Shown: positions 1 through 9,128 of the stretch, piece after piece | Numbering within the stretch: position 1 is the stretch's first letter | How the letters are laid out: each line of letters begins with the position of its first letter | Origin: an uncultured Stakelama sp. | GTDB lineage: Bacteria > Pseudomonadota > Alphaproteobacteria > Sphingomonadales > Sphingomonadaceae | Assembly: GCA_964407945.1 (NCBI GenBank) | Contig: CAYOXO010000006.1 | Span: 3-64,002, forward strand | Direction: 5' to 3' | DNA: 64,000 bases | Made by a program: the position numbers and the translations under genes | Notes under the pieces: generated by a model | What the model saw: only the letters and a program-made list of their open reading frames with translations | What the model was told of the DNA's origin: nothing | Databases searched by the model: none

Positions 1-1612
1 CGAGCGCAAACTTGCGGATGTTGTAGAGCGAGGAATAGCCGGTGCCGAAATCATCGAGCGCGATGCGGAAACCCATCTGGCGCAGACGGTAGAGTGTATC
101 GGCCGCACGTTCGGCGTTATCGAAGATCGCGGTTTCCGTGATCTCGATCTGAAGCCGGCTCGGCTCGATGCCGGCGCGCTGGACGCGTTCGACGACATGG
201 CCGACGAAATTCTGACGACGGAACTGGCGCGGCGAGAAGTTCACCGAGACATATTGCCCCGGCCATTGCTGGAGCATCCTGAGCGCCTCATCGAGCACCC
301 AGTCGCCCAATTCGTGGATCAGGTTCGATTCCTCGGCAATCGGAATGAACAGGCCGGGTGAGATCGAGCCATATTCGGGGCTGTTCCAGCGCAGCAGCGC
401 TTCGAACGCGACGACTTCCATCTCGTCGCGCGCGACGATCGGCTGATAGACCAGGCGAAGCTCGCCATTGGCGATCGCCTGGGAAAGGCCGCCTTCGATC
501 TGACGGCGGAAGCGGATCGATTCATCCATGCTCTCGTCGAACAGGCGCACGACGCCCCTGCCCGATTTCTTGGATTCGTTGAGCGCCAGGTCGGCGCGGC
601 GCATCACGTCGATCGGATCGTGCTGCATCCCCGGCTGGACGATGACGAGGCCGGCCGAGGCGGACCCCTGCACCGAATGGCCGAATACGGTGAAGGTCGT
701 CGAGCAGGCGAGCAGCAGCCGTTCGACCGCCATCACCGCCTCGTCCTCCCCCGTAACCTTCATCAGCACCGCGAATTCGTCCCCACCCAGCCGTGCGACG
801 AAGCCGCCGTCCGGGACCGAGGCCTGCACGACACCGCATACCATGCGGATCAGTTCGTCGCCCGCGAGATGGCCGAAGGTGTCGTTGACCAGCTTGAACC
901 GGTCGAGATCCATCATCGCCATCGCAAACACATCCGGCCCGCGGACATGATCGGTCAGCGCGCGCATGAAGGCGAGCCGATTGGGCGCATCGGTCAGGCT
1001 GTCGTGATTGGCGAGGTGCGTGGCCTTGCTCTCGTTCGCCGCGAGTTCGGCCTTCTGTTCCTTGAGCAGTTCCATCGCCGCGGCGAGCGCACGATCGGAT
1101 TCCCAGCGCTGGCTGAGCGCGGTCGCGGTCTGCACCACTTCCTCTGCCTGGAACGGCTTGGCGATGTAAAAGATCTTGTCCGCCGGGCCGGCCGCACGGC
1201 TGATCTCGAGCGGGGAGAAATCGGAAAAGCCGGTGACGATGACGAGGTTGATGTCGGGATCGAGCGCGCGGATCCGCTTTGCAGTTTCCTTGCCATCGAT
1301 CCCCGGCGGCATCCGCACGTCGATGAACGCGACCGCGAACCGCTCGCCGCGCGCGAGCCCCGCTGCGACCGCCTCGACGCCCTCGGCGCCCTGCATGCAA
1401 TGCGTCGTATCGAAGCTGGCCGGCGCATCCGCAGCCACGGGCGCATCATCGGCACCGAACAGTTCGGCCGCCATCGTGTCGAGCGCATTATCCTGTCCCC
1501 CGCCAGCGCGCTTGAAGCACTGACGATAGGATTCATGCATCCCCGGCTCGTCGTCCACGATCAGAATGCGCAAGGCCCGCTCCCCTTCATCACCTTGCGA
1601 TGGAGTAAGCAC
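1..1612 (-). CDS. Receiver-GGDEF-EAL c-di-GMP signalling protein (3' end beyond window edge)
   Basis: Manual minus-strand translation: LRILIVDDEPGM and VAFIDVRMPPGIDG (receiver), ARLGGDEFAV (~770-795), FEALL (~395-406), ALDDFGTGYSSL (~25-62). Absent from the ORF track because there is no stop in the window. Start uncertain (GTG 1612 or TTG ~1573). Confidence 0.9.
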   Translation of the reverse strand, partial: MLTPSQGDEGERALRILIVDDEPGMHESYRQCFKRAGGGQDNALDTMAAELFGADDAPVAADAPASFDTTHCMQGAEGVEAVAAGLARGERFAVAFIDVRMPPGIDGKETAKRIRALDPDINLVIVTGFSDFSPLEISRAAGPADKIFYIAKPFQAEEVVQTATALSQRWESDRALAAAMELLKEQKAELAANESKATHLANHDSLTDAPNRLAFMRALTDHVRGPDVFAMAMMDLDRFKLVNDTFGHLAGDELIRMVCGVVQASVPDGGFVARLGGDEFAVLMKVTGEDEAVMAVERLLLACSTTFTVFGHSVQGSASAGLVIVQPGMQHDPIDVMRRADLALNESKKSGRGVVRLFDESMDESIRFRRQIEGGLSQAIANGELRLVYQPIVARDEMEVVAFEALLRWNSPEYGSISPGLFIPIAEESNLIHELGDWVLDEALRMLQQWPGQYVSVNFSPRQFRRQNFVGHVVERVQRAGIEPSRLQIEITETAIFDNAERAADTLYRLRQMGFRIALDDFGTGYSSLYNIRKFAL

Positions 1613-1617
1613 ACAGG

Positions 1618-1642
1618 GTTAAGGGCCGGTAAAAGGGTTAAC
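1618..1642 (-). promoter_or_regulatory. CtrA-box-like site
   Basis: Minus strand TTTA-N7-TTAAC (1633-1618), one mismatch to TTAA-N7-TTAAC, plus GTTAAC at 1637-1642. Confidence 0.5.
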
Positions 1643-1728
1643 GCGCCGGGAAAGCGGCGCGCGCGCGACTGTCCCGTTACGCCGCTCCAGCGTCACCTTC
1701 CTGCAACACTCTGACGATCATCCGCAGA

Positions 1729-1860
1729 TGATAACGTTCCCAATTGAACATTGGCTACACAGAGCAGATGAAACCGGTTACATTTTTGAAGCGATAATCA
1801 TAAGAGCGCGCCGTCGAGTCGTTTCGAGTCGCGAGACGCCGACGCAGGTAAACGTTGTCA
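1729..1860. promoter_or_regulatory. Three LacI-family-like operator pseudo-palindromes upstream of the TBDR
   Basis: TGATAACGTTCCCA (1729-1742), TGAAACCGGTTACA (1769-1782), GGTAAACGTTGTCA (1847-1860); 14-mers with a central CG. Confidence 0.6.
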
Positions 1861-1885
1861 CGCTAGTGTAACAAGGGGGGATGCA

Positions 1886-4800
1886 GTGAATTCAGCACAT
1901 GTCGCCAGGACCAATCTGGTCCGTCGTTCGCGGGTCCGTGCGGCCGCGGTCGCGCTCGCCTGGACGAGCGGCACTGCAGCGCTGGCGATCGGCGTCGCCG
2001 TCCCGGCTCAAGCTCAGGTCGCGGGCGCCTCGCTTCGCGGAACGGTGAAGGCAGAAGGCGGCGTGACGCAGGTTACTGTGATCAACGCCGAAACCGGTTT
2101 CACGCGTACGTCTACCGTCAATGCGGACGGCGGCTATCAGTTCGCCTCACTGCCGGTCGGCACCTATCGCCTTGAGTTCACCACGCCGAGCGGCGTGCGC
2201 CGCACCGACGAGTTCAAGCTCAACGTTGCGCAGACCGCCGTGCTCGACTTTGATTTCGCACAGCCGGACATCGCCGATGCCGGAGCGGACGACGTCATCG
2301 TCACCGGCAGCCGCATCCGTTCGATGGAAGGCGGCGAAGTCGGCCGCAACATCTCGCAGCGCCTGATCGAGCAGCTGCCGCAGACCGGCCGCAACTTCCT
2401 GTCCTTTGCCGACCTTGCCCCCGGCGTGCAGTTCATCACCAACGAGACGAACCAGACGAGCCTGCGCGGTGGCGCACAGGCCTCCAATTCGATCAACGTC
2501 TTCATCGATGGTATCGGCCAGAAGGACTATGTGCTGAAGGGCGGTATCACCGGCCAGGATACCACGCAGGGCAACCCCTTCCCGCAGCTCGCGATCGGCG
2601 AGTACCGGGTGATCAGCTCGAACTACAAGGCCGAGTTCGACCAGGTCAGCTCGGTCGCGGTCACCGCGGTAACCAAGTCCGGCACCAACGACTTCCATGG
2701 CGAAGCGTTTTTCGACTTCACCAACCAGTCCCTGCGCGACCGCATGCCGCGTGAGGATTTCCCGCGCTACATCGACAAGATCAAGACCAAGGACATGCAG
2801 TTCGGCGGCGCGCTGGGCGGGCCGATCATCAAGGACGTGCTGCACTTCTTCCTGACCTACGAAGGCAAGCGGATCACCAACGCGCGCGACGTGTTCCCCG
2901 GGCTGGATCTCCCGGTGAGCTACTTCCCCACGCAGTATCAGCAGTATTTCGGCCCGGCGAACGAGACGTTCAACGAGAACCTCTATTTCGGCAAGATCAA
3001 CTTCACCCCGACGTCGCGCGACCTGTTCGAATTCTCGGCCAAGTATCGCGACGAGACCGGCGAGCAGTTCACCAGCGGAATCAATGCTTTCGACACGCGG
3101 AACCTGAACCGGGTCAAGGAATGGCGCGGCCTGGCGCGGTGGGAGCATACCGCCGATACCTGGGTCAACGATTTCAAGGTCGCCTATGAGGATGTGACCT
3201 GGAATCCGCGCCCGGTCGTGTTCGGCAACGTGTCCGTGTTCAACGCGACCGTGCCCGCCACGCCCCCGGCCACCGCTCCGCGCCGGGGCAATATCCTGCA
3301 GATCGGCGCCGGCCGGAACTTCCAGGACAAGGGCCAGAAGGGCTGGCAGCTCTCGAACGACTTCACCTACACGGGCTTTGAAGGTCACACCTTCAAGGTC
3401 GGCGTGAAGGCGAAGTGGATCACGCTGAACACCAACACCCAGAGCGGCATCAACCCGCTCTTCACCTACAATGTGAACTATGCCCCGGGCGGCGCGTTCA
3501 ACAGCACGATACCCTATCGCATGGAATTCTCTGCCCCGGTGGCGGGCGGCAATCCCGAAATCGAGTCGAAGAACTTCCAGTTCGGCGTCTATGCGCAGGA
3601 CGATTGGGAGGTCACCAGCCGGCTGACGCTCAACCTGGGCCTGCGTTGGGATTATGAGCGCACGCCGGCATTCCTCAACTATGCCCACGATCCGGCCATC
3701 GCTGCGTTCGTCGCCGGCCGGGCTTCCTATACCGCGTCCAACGGCACCGTGACGCCGGCCTATCAGAATCTGAAGAACGCCGGTTTCAACATCGACGATT
3801 TCATTTCGACCGGGAAGGAGCGCAAGGCGTTCACCGGCGCGTGGCAGCCGCGCGTCGGCTTCACCTATGCGCTCGATGCGGATAAGCGATTTGCCGTGTT
3901 CGGCGGCTACGGCCGCTCGTACGACCGTACCCAGTTCGACTTCATCCAGCAGGAACTGTCGCAAGGCGTGTTCGCCGGTCGCACGTTCAACTTCAACAAT
4001 GCGGGCGACACGCTCAACGTGTGCGCGCCGAGCGCGACCTGCATCGCCTGGAACCCCACCTATCTGACACCCGAAGGTCGCGCCGCGCTGATCGCCGGGC
4101 TGCCGGTTGGTGCCGGGCGCGAGCTACGCTTCATCAAGAACGATCTGAAGACGCCCTATTCCGACCAGTTCAGCCTGGGTGTGCGGGGCAATTTCGACCT
4201 GGTCGACCTCGAAGTCGGCTACAGCTACGTCCACAGCAAGGACGGCTTCGCCTACATCCTGGGCAACCGTAAACCCGACGGCTCGTTCTTTGTCATCGAC
4301 GCCAATACGGGCCGGCCCGGTTCCCCCTTCGGGTTCGGGCCGGCGCCCTTCGGCAGCATCATCCTGGGCACCAACGGGGTCGAGACCAAGGCCAATACGG
4401 CCTATTTCAAGCTGACCAAGCGCTACACCCAGGCATCGCCGTGGAGCGTCGACGCGACCTACACCTTCACCGACGCCGAGGAGAACCGGAAGTTCGGTGA
4501 GACCTTCGCGCTCGATTACCCGAGCATCGGCGACTATCCGTGGATCACGGCCGAGGGCGTGCGCAAGCATCGCTTCGTCATCGCCGCGACCGCCGATATC
4601 CCGATGGGGTTCACGCTGGCCGGCAAGTTCCAGATCGCATCACCCAAGTACCTCTCGGAGCAGGTTGATCTGGCAGCCACGGCAACCGCGCCGGCGCAGC
4701 GGGTGATCAGGTCGATCCGGACCGCAGGCAATGGCGATCTGTGGGGCTATCGCCAGATGGATCTGTCGCTGACCAAATATGTCCCGATCAAGTTCCTGAG

Positions 4801-4960
4801 CGACGAGGCCCGACTGCGGTTCCGCGTCGATATCATCAACCTGTTCAACGACCACAACTTCGCCGGGTTCAGCGCAGCGACCGGACTGCGCAACCCGACT
4901 CAGTACAACATGGAAGGACCGCCGCGGACCATCAAGCTGTCCACCGGCTTCTCCTTCTAA
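1886..4960 (+). CDS. TonB-dependent receptor with N-terminal carboxypeptidase-regulatory-like (Oar-type) domain
   Basis: Signal peptide (AQA-Q), N-terminal beta-sandwich (ADGGYQFASLPVGTYRLEF), VIVTGSR TonB-box region, YAQDDWEVTSRLTLNLGLRWDY, C-terminal Phe. Confidence 0.92.
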   Translation: MNSAHVARTNLVRRSRVRAAAVALAWTSGTAALAIGVAVPAQAQVAGASLRGTVKAEGGVTQVTVINAETGFTRTSTVNADGGYQFASLPVGTYRLEFTTPSGVRRTDEFKLNVAQTAVLDFDFAQPDIADAGADDVIVTGSRIRSMEGGEVGRNISQRLIEQLPQTGRNFLSFADLAPGVQFITNETNQTSLRGGAQASNSINVFIDGIGQKDYVLKGGITGQDTTQGNPFPQLAIGEYRVISSNYKAEFDQVSSVAVTAVTKSGTNDFHGEAFFDFTNQSLRDRMPREDFPRYIDKIKTKDMQFGGALGGPIIKDVLHFFLTYEGKRITNARDVFPGLDLPVSYFPTQYQQYFGPANETFNENLYFGKINFTPTSRDLFEFSAKYRDETGEQFTSGINAFDTRNLNRVKEWRGLARWEHTADTWVNDFKVAYEDVTWNPRPVVFGNVSVFNATVPATPPATAPRRGNILQIGAGRNFQDKGQKGWQLSNDFTYTGFEGHTFKVGVKAKWITLNTNTQSGINPLFTYNVNYAPGGAFNSTIPYRMEFSAPVAGGNPEIESKNFQFGVYAQDDWEVTSRLTLNLGLRWDYERTPAFLNYAHDPAIAAFVAGRASYTASNGTVTPAYQNLKNAGFNIDDFISTGKERKAFTGAWQPRVGFTYALDADKRFAVFGGYGRSYDRTQFDFIQQELSQGVFAGRTFNFNNAGDTLNVCAPSATCIAWNPTYLTPEGRAALIAGLPVGAGRELRFIKNDLKTPYSDQFSLGVRGNFDLVDLEVGYSYVHSKDGFAYILGNRKPDGSFFVIDANTGRPGSPFGFGPAPFGSIILGTNGVETKANTAYFKLTKRYTQASPWSVDATYTFTDAEENRKFGETFALDYPSIGDYPWITAEGVRKHRFVIAATADIPMGFTLAGKFQIASPKYLSEQVDLAATATAPAQRVIRSIRTAGNGDLWGYRQMDLSLTKYVPIKFLSDEARLRFRVDIINLFNDHNFAGFSAATGLRNPTQYNMEGPPRTIKLSTGFSF

Positions 4961-4975
4961 TCACCCACTCCTTTC

Positions 4976-5015
4976 AGGGCGTGCGGCCGGGTTCACCCCG
5001 TCCGTACGCCCTTTT
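4976..5015 (+). terminator. Rho-independent terminator of the TBDR
   Basis: AGGGCGTGCGG...CCGTACGCCCT stem followed by a T run. Confidence 0.7.
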
Positions 5016-5215
5016 CCTTGCGCGCATGAGATCGCAGGCAGCCGAGGAGCCGCCAAGGCCGCTCTGGAGGCACCTGCAGCGCGCACAGGAATAACCACGG
5101 CGCGGGCACTCACGCCCTTCCCTGCCCGCTCCACGGCCAGATTCCGAAATAGATGAGATATCGCGCGCCCGATCCGGCCTGCCGAGTGCCGGATTCCAAT
5201 GCCCATCGCCAGAAG

Positions 5216-5255
5216 CAACAAAGCCCCGCCGGGTCCTGAGACCTAGCGGGGCTTT
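5216..5255 (-). terminator. Terminator downstream of tRNA-Arg
   Basis: AAAGCCCCGC...GCGGGGCTTT inverted repeat immediately past the tRNA CCA end. Confidence 0.7.
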
Positions 5256-5258
5256 GAA

Positions 5259-5335
5259 TGGCGCGCCCGGAACGATTCGAACGTCCGACCCTCAGATTCG
5301 TAGTCTGATGCTCTATCCAGCTGAGCTACGGGCGC
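5259..5335 (-). tRNA. tRNA-Arg (anticodon ACG)
   Basis: Reverse complement GCGCCCGTAGCTCAGCTGGATAGAGC...TCAGA-CTACGAA-TCTGA...GTTCGAATC...CGGGCGCGCCA; 77 nt, cloverleaf, encoded CCA. Confidence 0.97.
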
Positions 5336-5419
5336 GCAGTGGAGGGGCGCAGATAGAAGCGCTTTTCGGGAAAGGCAACCCCGTTGCGCACAGTTTCTTC
5401 GCAGCATAGAAAAAACCTG

Positions 5420-5923
5420 ATGCGACGCACCATTTTCCTCACCGCGCTGGCCCTTCCCCTGGGATTGCTGGGCGCCTGTACCAAGCCCGACGGGGGCTAT
5501 CCCTCACTGCTTCCGCGCCCGATCGAGAGCCGCGACGATGCCGAGCCGGTTCGCCCCGATCCGGTGGCGCTACCTGATTCCGCGTTGGACGCTCGCATCG
5601 CGCAGAGACGCACGGCAGCGGCCGATGCCGCCAGGCGCTTCCAGGCTGCGGCGATCATTGCCGAATCGCGCGTCGCGGTCGCCCGCGGCGTTCCGGCAGG
5701 CAGCGAAGCCTGGGTTCGCGCGCAGTCCGCATTGGCCGATCTCGATGCGATCCGCGGCGAGACGGTCCAGCTTGTCACCGATCTGGAGCAGGAGGCGAGT
5801 GCACGCGCGCAGGCAGGCACCCCCGCCTACCCCACACTCAATAGTCTGATCGACGAAATCGCCCGCCAGGCACTCATCCAGGCCGACCGCACCAAGACGC
5901 TGGAAGGCGCGCTCGCCGGCTGA
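5420..5923 (+). CDS. Hypothetical lipoprotein
   Basis: MRRTIFLTALALPLGLLGAC lipobox; YPSLLPRPIE followed by an Ala-rich helical region. Confidence 0.75.
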   Translation: MRRTIFLTALALPLGLLGACTKPDGGYPSLLPRPIESRDDAEPVRPDPVALPDSALDARIAQRRTAAADAARRFQAAAIIAESRVAVARGVPAGSEAWVRAQSALADLDAIRGETVQLVTDLEQEASARAQAGTPAYPTLNSLIDEIARQALIQADRTKTLEGALAG

Positions 5924-6027
5924 GCGCCTCGACCTCGCGGAAACCCTGTGTTGGCGAATCGTTGTTTGACCGTCGCGCCCGGCGCGACGAGAGTCCGCAC
6001 GGTTTTCTGACACAGGGGAGTATATAG

Positions 6028-6666
6028 ATGCGTCTCGTCCTCGCGGCCTTCGCGGCCACCATTGCCATCGCCACGCCGATCGTCGCGCAGCAGATGCAGT
6101 TGCCGGGTTCGAAGAACAAAGCCGCGATCAGCGGCGGCAGCTACACCGTCGATCCTGGGCACACGCTGGTCCGCTGGGAAGTCGATCACTTCGGCTTCAC
6201 TCCTTATTGGGGGCTATTCGGCGGCATCACCGGCACCGCGACCTTCGACACGGCGAATCCCGCCGCTTCGAAGGTCGACATCACCATCCCGGTGTCGAAG
6301 GTCATCACCGCCAGCGAAGGCCTGACCGCCCACCTGCTTCGCCCCGGCAAGGATGGCGGCAAGCCCGACTTCTTCGGCGCCGCGGCAGCCGATGCCAAGT
6401 TCGTCTCCACCCGCGTCGTGATCGACGAGGATGGCGACGAGGCCAAGGTGACGGGCAACCTGACCCTGAACGGCGTGACCAAGGCCGTGACGCTCGACGT
6501 CGACTTCTATGGCGCGGGCAAGACCCCACCGCAGATGGGCGGCAAGGAGAATGTCGGGTTCGAGGCAGAGGCGACGATCCGCCGCAGCGATTTCGGCATC
6601 AACTATGCCATCCCGCTGGTCAGCGACGAGGTCGACCTCAAGATCGCCGCCGCGTTCGTCAAATAG
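6028..6666 (+). CDS. YceI-family periplasmic lipid/polyisoprenoid-binding protein
   Basis: Signal peptide; YTVDPGHT, VTGNLTLNGVTKAV and IRRSDFGI motifs; RBS GGGGAG. Confidence 0.9.
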   Translation: MRLVLAAFAATIAIATPIVAQQMQLPGSKNKAAISGGSYTVDPGHTLVRWEVDHFGFTPYWGLFGGITGTATFDTANPAASKVDITIPVSKVITASEGLTAHLLRPGKDGGKPDFFGAAAADAKFVSTRVVIDEDGDEAKVTGNLTLNGVTKAVTLDVDFYGAGKTPPQMGGKENVGFEAEATIRRSDFGINYAIPLVSDEVDLKIAAAFVK

Positions 6667-6672
6667 GCAGGT

Positions 6673-7074
6673 TCAGGCAGTTTCGCGCGTCGACACCAGA
6701 TCGAGGAACGGCGCGCGAATCTCCTCCGTGGCATTGGCCATCATCCGCCGGACACGCTGGTCGTGCACATCGGCCAACGCTTCCGCGGTCTTGTGCGCCA
6801 TCGCCCAATAGCCGAATTCGCGGCGATCCACCGTGCGATCGAGTATCGTGACGATCGCGTGGTGGCGGGTGTCGGCGCAAATGCGCGCGTAACAGGCATC
6901 GACCGCCTCCTCCCCGCCCTCGATCACCTGCAGGAAGCGGTGGCCGTCGGTCCACAACAGCCCGGTGATCCCGTCGAGCGCGTTGTTGTGCCGCGATTCC
7001 TCGAGGATCGCGACCACGTCCGCCGGTTGCCCGCCGAGCTGCGCGTTGACGCTGGCATAGAGAATTTGCTTCAT
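6673..7074 (-). CDS. Stand-alone BLUF blue-light sensor protein
   Basis: ILYAS (Tyr), SRHNN...GITGLL, FLQVIEG (Gln), DTRH, REFGYWAM (Trp/Met). Confidence 0.92.
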   Translation of the reverse strand: MKQILYASVNAQLGGQPADVVAILEESRHNNALDGITGLLWTDGHRFLQVIEGGEEAVDACYARICADTRHHAIVTILDRTVDRREFGYWAMAHKTAEALADVHDQRVRRMMANATEEIRAPFLDLVSTRETA

Positions 7075-7191
7075 CTTTCAGGAGCTTGCACCGGGCAAGG
7101 CGCGCTTGCAACCGCTCAAGATGAAACTGTCGCGTCGCAGACACGTCCGCTCTGGACATTTCTTGCCGCTACGGTCTATCTGCGGCGCCAG

Positions 7192-7239
7192 ATGTTGCGC
7201 ACGCTTCGCCTTCGCCTGCTTCGACTTACGCGCCCTTAG
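7192..7239 (+). CDS. leuA leader peptide (MLRTLRLRLLRLTRP)
   Basis: 15 codons, 6 Leu (4 CTT), ending ~90 nt upstream of leuA. The stop overlaps a long stem at 7232-7287. Confidence 0.75.
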   Translation: MLRTLRLRLLRLTRP

Positions 7240-7329
7240 GCGCGTGCATTTTGCGTGGCCGCAGCGCCGCGCACACGGCCTAAGGGCAAAGCAACCCCCG
7301 AACGCCACACCATCGAAGCGAGACCGCAA

Positions 7330-8994
7330 ATGTTGCGCGACCCCAGCGTCAAATACCGCCCCTTTCCGCAGATCGCCCTGCCCGACCGGCAATGGCCGTC
7401 GCGGACCATCACCCGCGCGCCGCGCTGGCTGTCCACCGACATGCGCGACGGCAACCAGGCGCTGATCGATCCGATGGATGCGGAGAAGAAGACCCGCTTC
7501 TTTGAATTGCTCTGCCGTGTCGGCATCAAGGAGATCGAGGTTGGGTTCCCCAGCGCGGGCGCGACCGAGTTCGGCTTCATCTCCAGCCTTGTGCGCGACA
7601 ACCGCATCCCGGCCGATGTGACCGTGCAGGTGCTGACCCAGGCGCGGCGCGACCTGATCGAAACGACCTTTGAAAGCCTGCGCGGCGCCAAGACCGGTAT
7701 CGTCCATGTCTACAACGCCGTCTCGCCGGCCTGGCGCAAGATCGTGTTCGGCATGGATCGCGCCGAGGTGAAGCAGATCGCGATCGACGCCGCGAAGCTG
7801 CTGCGCGACAATGCCGCCGCTCAGCCCGATACCGACTGGCATTTCCAATATTCGCCCGAGACCTTCTCGACCGCCGAGATCGATTTCTCGGTCGAGGTGT
7901 GCGCTGCGGTGATGGACGTGCTCCAGCCCACAGCCGAGCGCCCGATCATCTTCAACCTGCCCGCGACGGTCGAGTGCGCGACGCCCAATATCTATGCCGA
8001 CCAGATCGAGTATTTCTGCCGCAACATCCCCAACCGCAATGCGGTGGTGGTGTCGCTGCATACGCATAACGATCGCGGCACCGGCGTCGCTGCGGCAGAG
8101 CTGGGGATGATGGCCGGCGCCGACCGCGTCGAGGGTTGCCTGCTCGGCAATGGCGAGCGCACGGGCAATTGCGACCTCGTGACCGTCGCGATGAACATGT
8201 ACACGCAGGGCGTCGATCCCGGCCTCGATTTCTCCGACATCGACGAGATCGTGAAGACGGTGGAATATTGCACCAACATCCCGGTCCACCCGCGCACGCC
8301 CTATGCGGGCGATCTGGTGTTCACCGCCTTTTCGGGCAGCCATCAGGACGCGATCAAGAAGGGCTTCGCCGCGCAGGAAGCGCGCAACGACGAATATTGG
8401 GAGGTGCCTTACCTGCCGATCGACCCCGCCGATCTCGGCCGCAGCTATGAGGCGGTGATCCGCGTCAACTCGCAGTCCGGCAAGGGCGGCGTCGCCTGGG
8501 TTCTGGAGCAGGACAAGGGACTGAAGCTGCCCAAGCGGCTCCAGGCCGATTTCAGCCGCCACGTCCAGCGCGTCGCCGACGAGAGCAGCCGCGAGCTGAA
8601 CGCGCAGGACATTTGGGCGACCTTTGTCGAGACCTACCGGCTCGAGCATCCGCAGCGCTTCACGCTCGGCGCCTATGACGAAACGCGCGCGACCAATGGC
8701 GAGCGCATCTTCGCGGGCGTGATCGAGGTGGACGGCGTGCAGCAGTCGGTGAGCGGGCGCGGCAACGGCCTGATCTCCAGCGTCGTCGCGGCGATGCGCG
8801 AGGGTTTCGGCGTCGATCTCGACATCGCCGACTATGCCGAGCATGCGATCGGCCACGGAACCGGGGTGCAGGCCGCCGCCTATGTCGAATGCCGCACCGC
8901 CGACGGGCGAACCGTCTGGGGCGTAGGCATCGACGAGGATGTGGCCACCGCCAGCGTGCGCGCAGTACTCAGCGCCGCGGGTGCCGCTCAGTAA
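7330..8994 (+). CDS. leuA: 2-isopropylmalate synthase
   Basis: [49 protein letters not shown]. Start set at MLRDPSVKY. Confidence 0.96.
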   Translation: MLRDPSVKYRPFPQIALPDRQWPSRTITRAPRWLSTDMRDGNQALIDPMDAEKKTRFFELLCRVGIKEIEVGFPSAGATEFGFISSLVRDNRIPADVTVQVLTQARRDLIETTFESLRGAKTGIVHVYNAVSPAWRKIVFGMDRAEVKQIAIDAAKLLRDNAAAQPDTDWHFQYSPETFSTAEIDFSVEVCAAVMDVLQPTAERPIIFNLPATVECATPNIYADQIEYFCRNIPNRNAVVVSLHTHNDRGTGVAAAELGMMAGADRVEGCLLGNGERTGNCDLVTVAMNMYTQGVDPGLDFSDIDEIVKTVEYCTNIPVHPRTPYAGDLVFTAFSGSHQDAIKKGFAAQEARNDEYWEVPYLPIDPADLGRSYEAVIRVNSQSGKGGVAWVLEQDKGLKLPKRLQADFSRHVQRVADESSRELNAQDIWATFVETYRLEHPQRFTLGAYDETRATNGERIFAGVIEVDGVQQSVSGRGNGLISSVVAAMREGFGVDLDIADYAEHAIGHGTGVQAAAYVECRTADGRTVWGVGIDEDVATASVRAVLSAAGAAQ

Positions 8995-9001
8995 CCCAGT
9001 T

Positions 9002-9108
9002 CGTCACCCCGGCCTTGTGCCGGGGGCCGCCGCGCGGCAAACGCTGCGCTCAAGATTTCAGGGCATCGCCTGCCCAACCGTGGCCCCCGGCACAAGGCCG
9101 GGGTGACG
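9002..9108. repeat. CGTC-type REP-like palindromic element (copy 1)
   Basis: CGTCACCCCGGCCTTGTGCCGGGG...CCCCGGCACAAGGCCGGGGTGACG terminal inverted repeats. Confidence 0.85.
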
Positions 9109-9128
9109 GTGAATATGTAGGACTGAAC

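Noticed and set aside
620..1714. 364-aa plus-strand ORF and other ORFs listed in 319-1714
   Set aside because: They overlap the real minus-strand REC-GGDEF-EAL gene, which the track missed; no recognisable motifs.
4961..5221. 86-aa minus-strand ORF between the TBDR and tRNA
   Set aside because: Lies between two terminators, has no RBS and no protein-like features.
5259..5335. tRNA-Arg as an island integration site
   Set aside because: No integrase and no duplicated tRNA 3' end seen in the window; a normal terminator follows the tRNA.
5939..5963. EcfG-like promoter before the YceI gene (GGAAAC...CGTT)
   Set aside because: The -35 element and spacing deviate from consensus; too weak to call.
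9002..9108. Palindromic repeats as a CRISPR array or IS ends
   Set aside because: Isolated inverted pairs rather than regularly spaced direct repeats; no cas or transposase genes.
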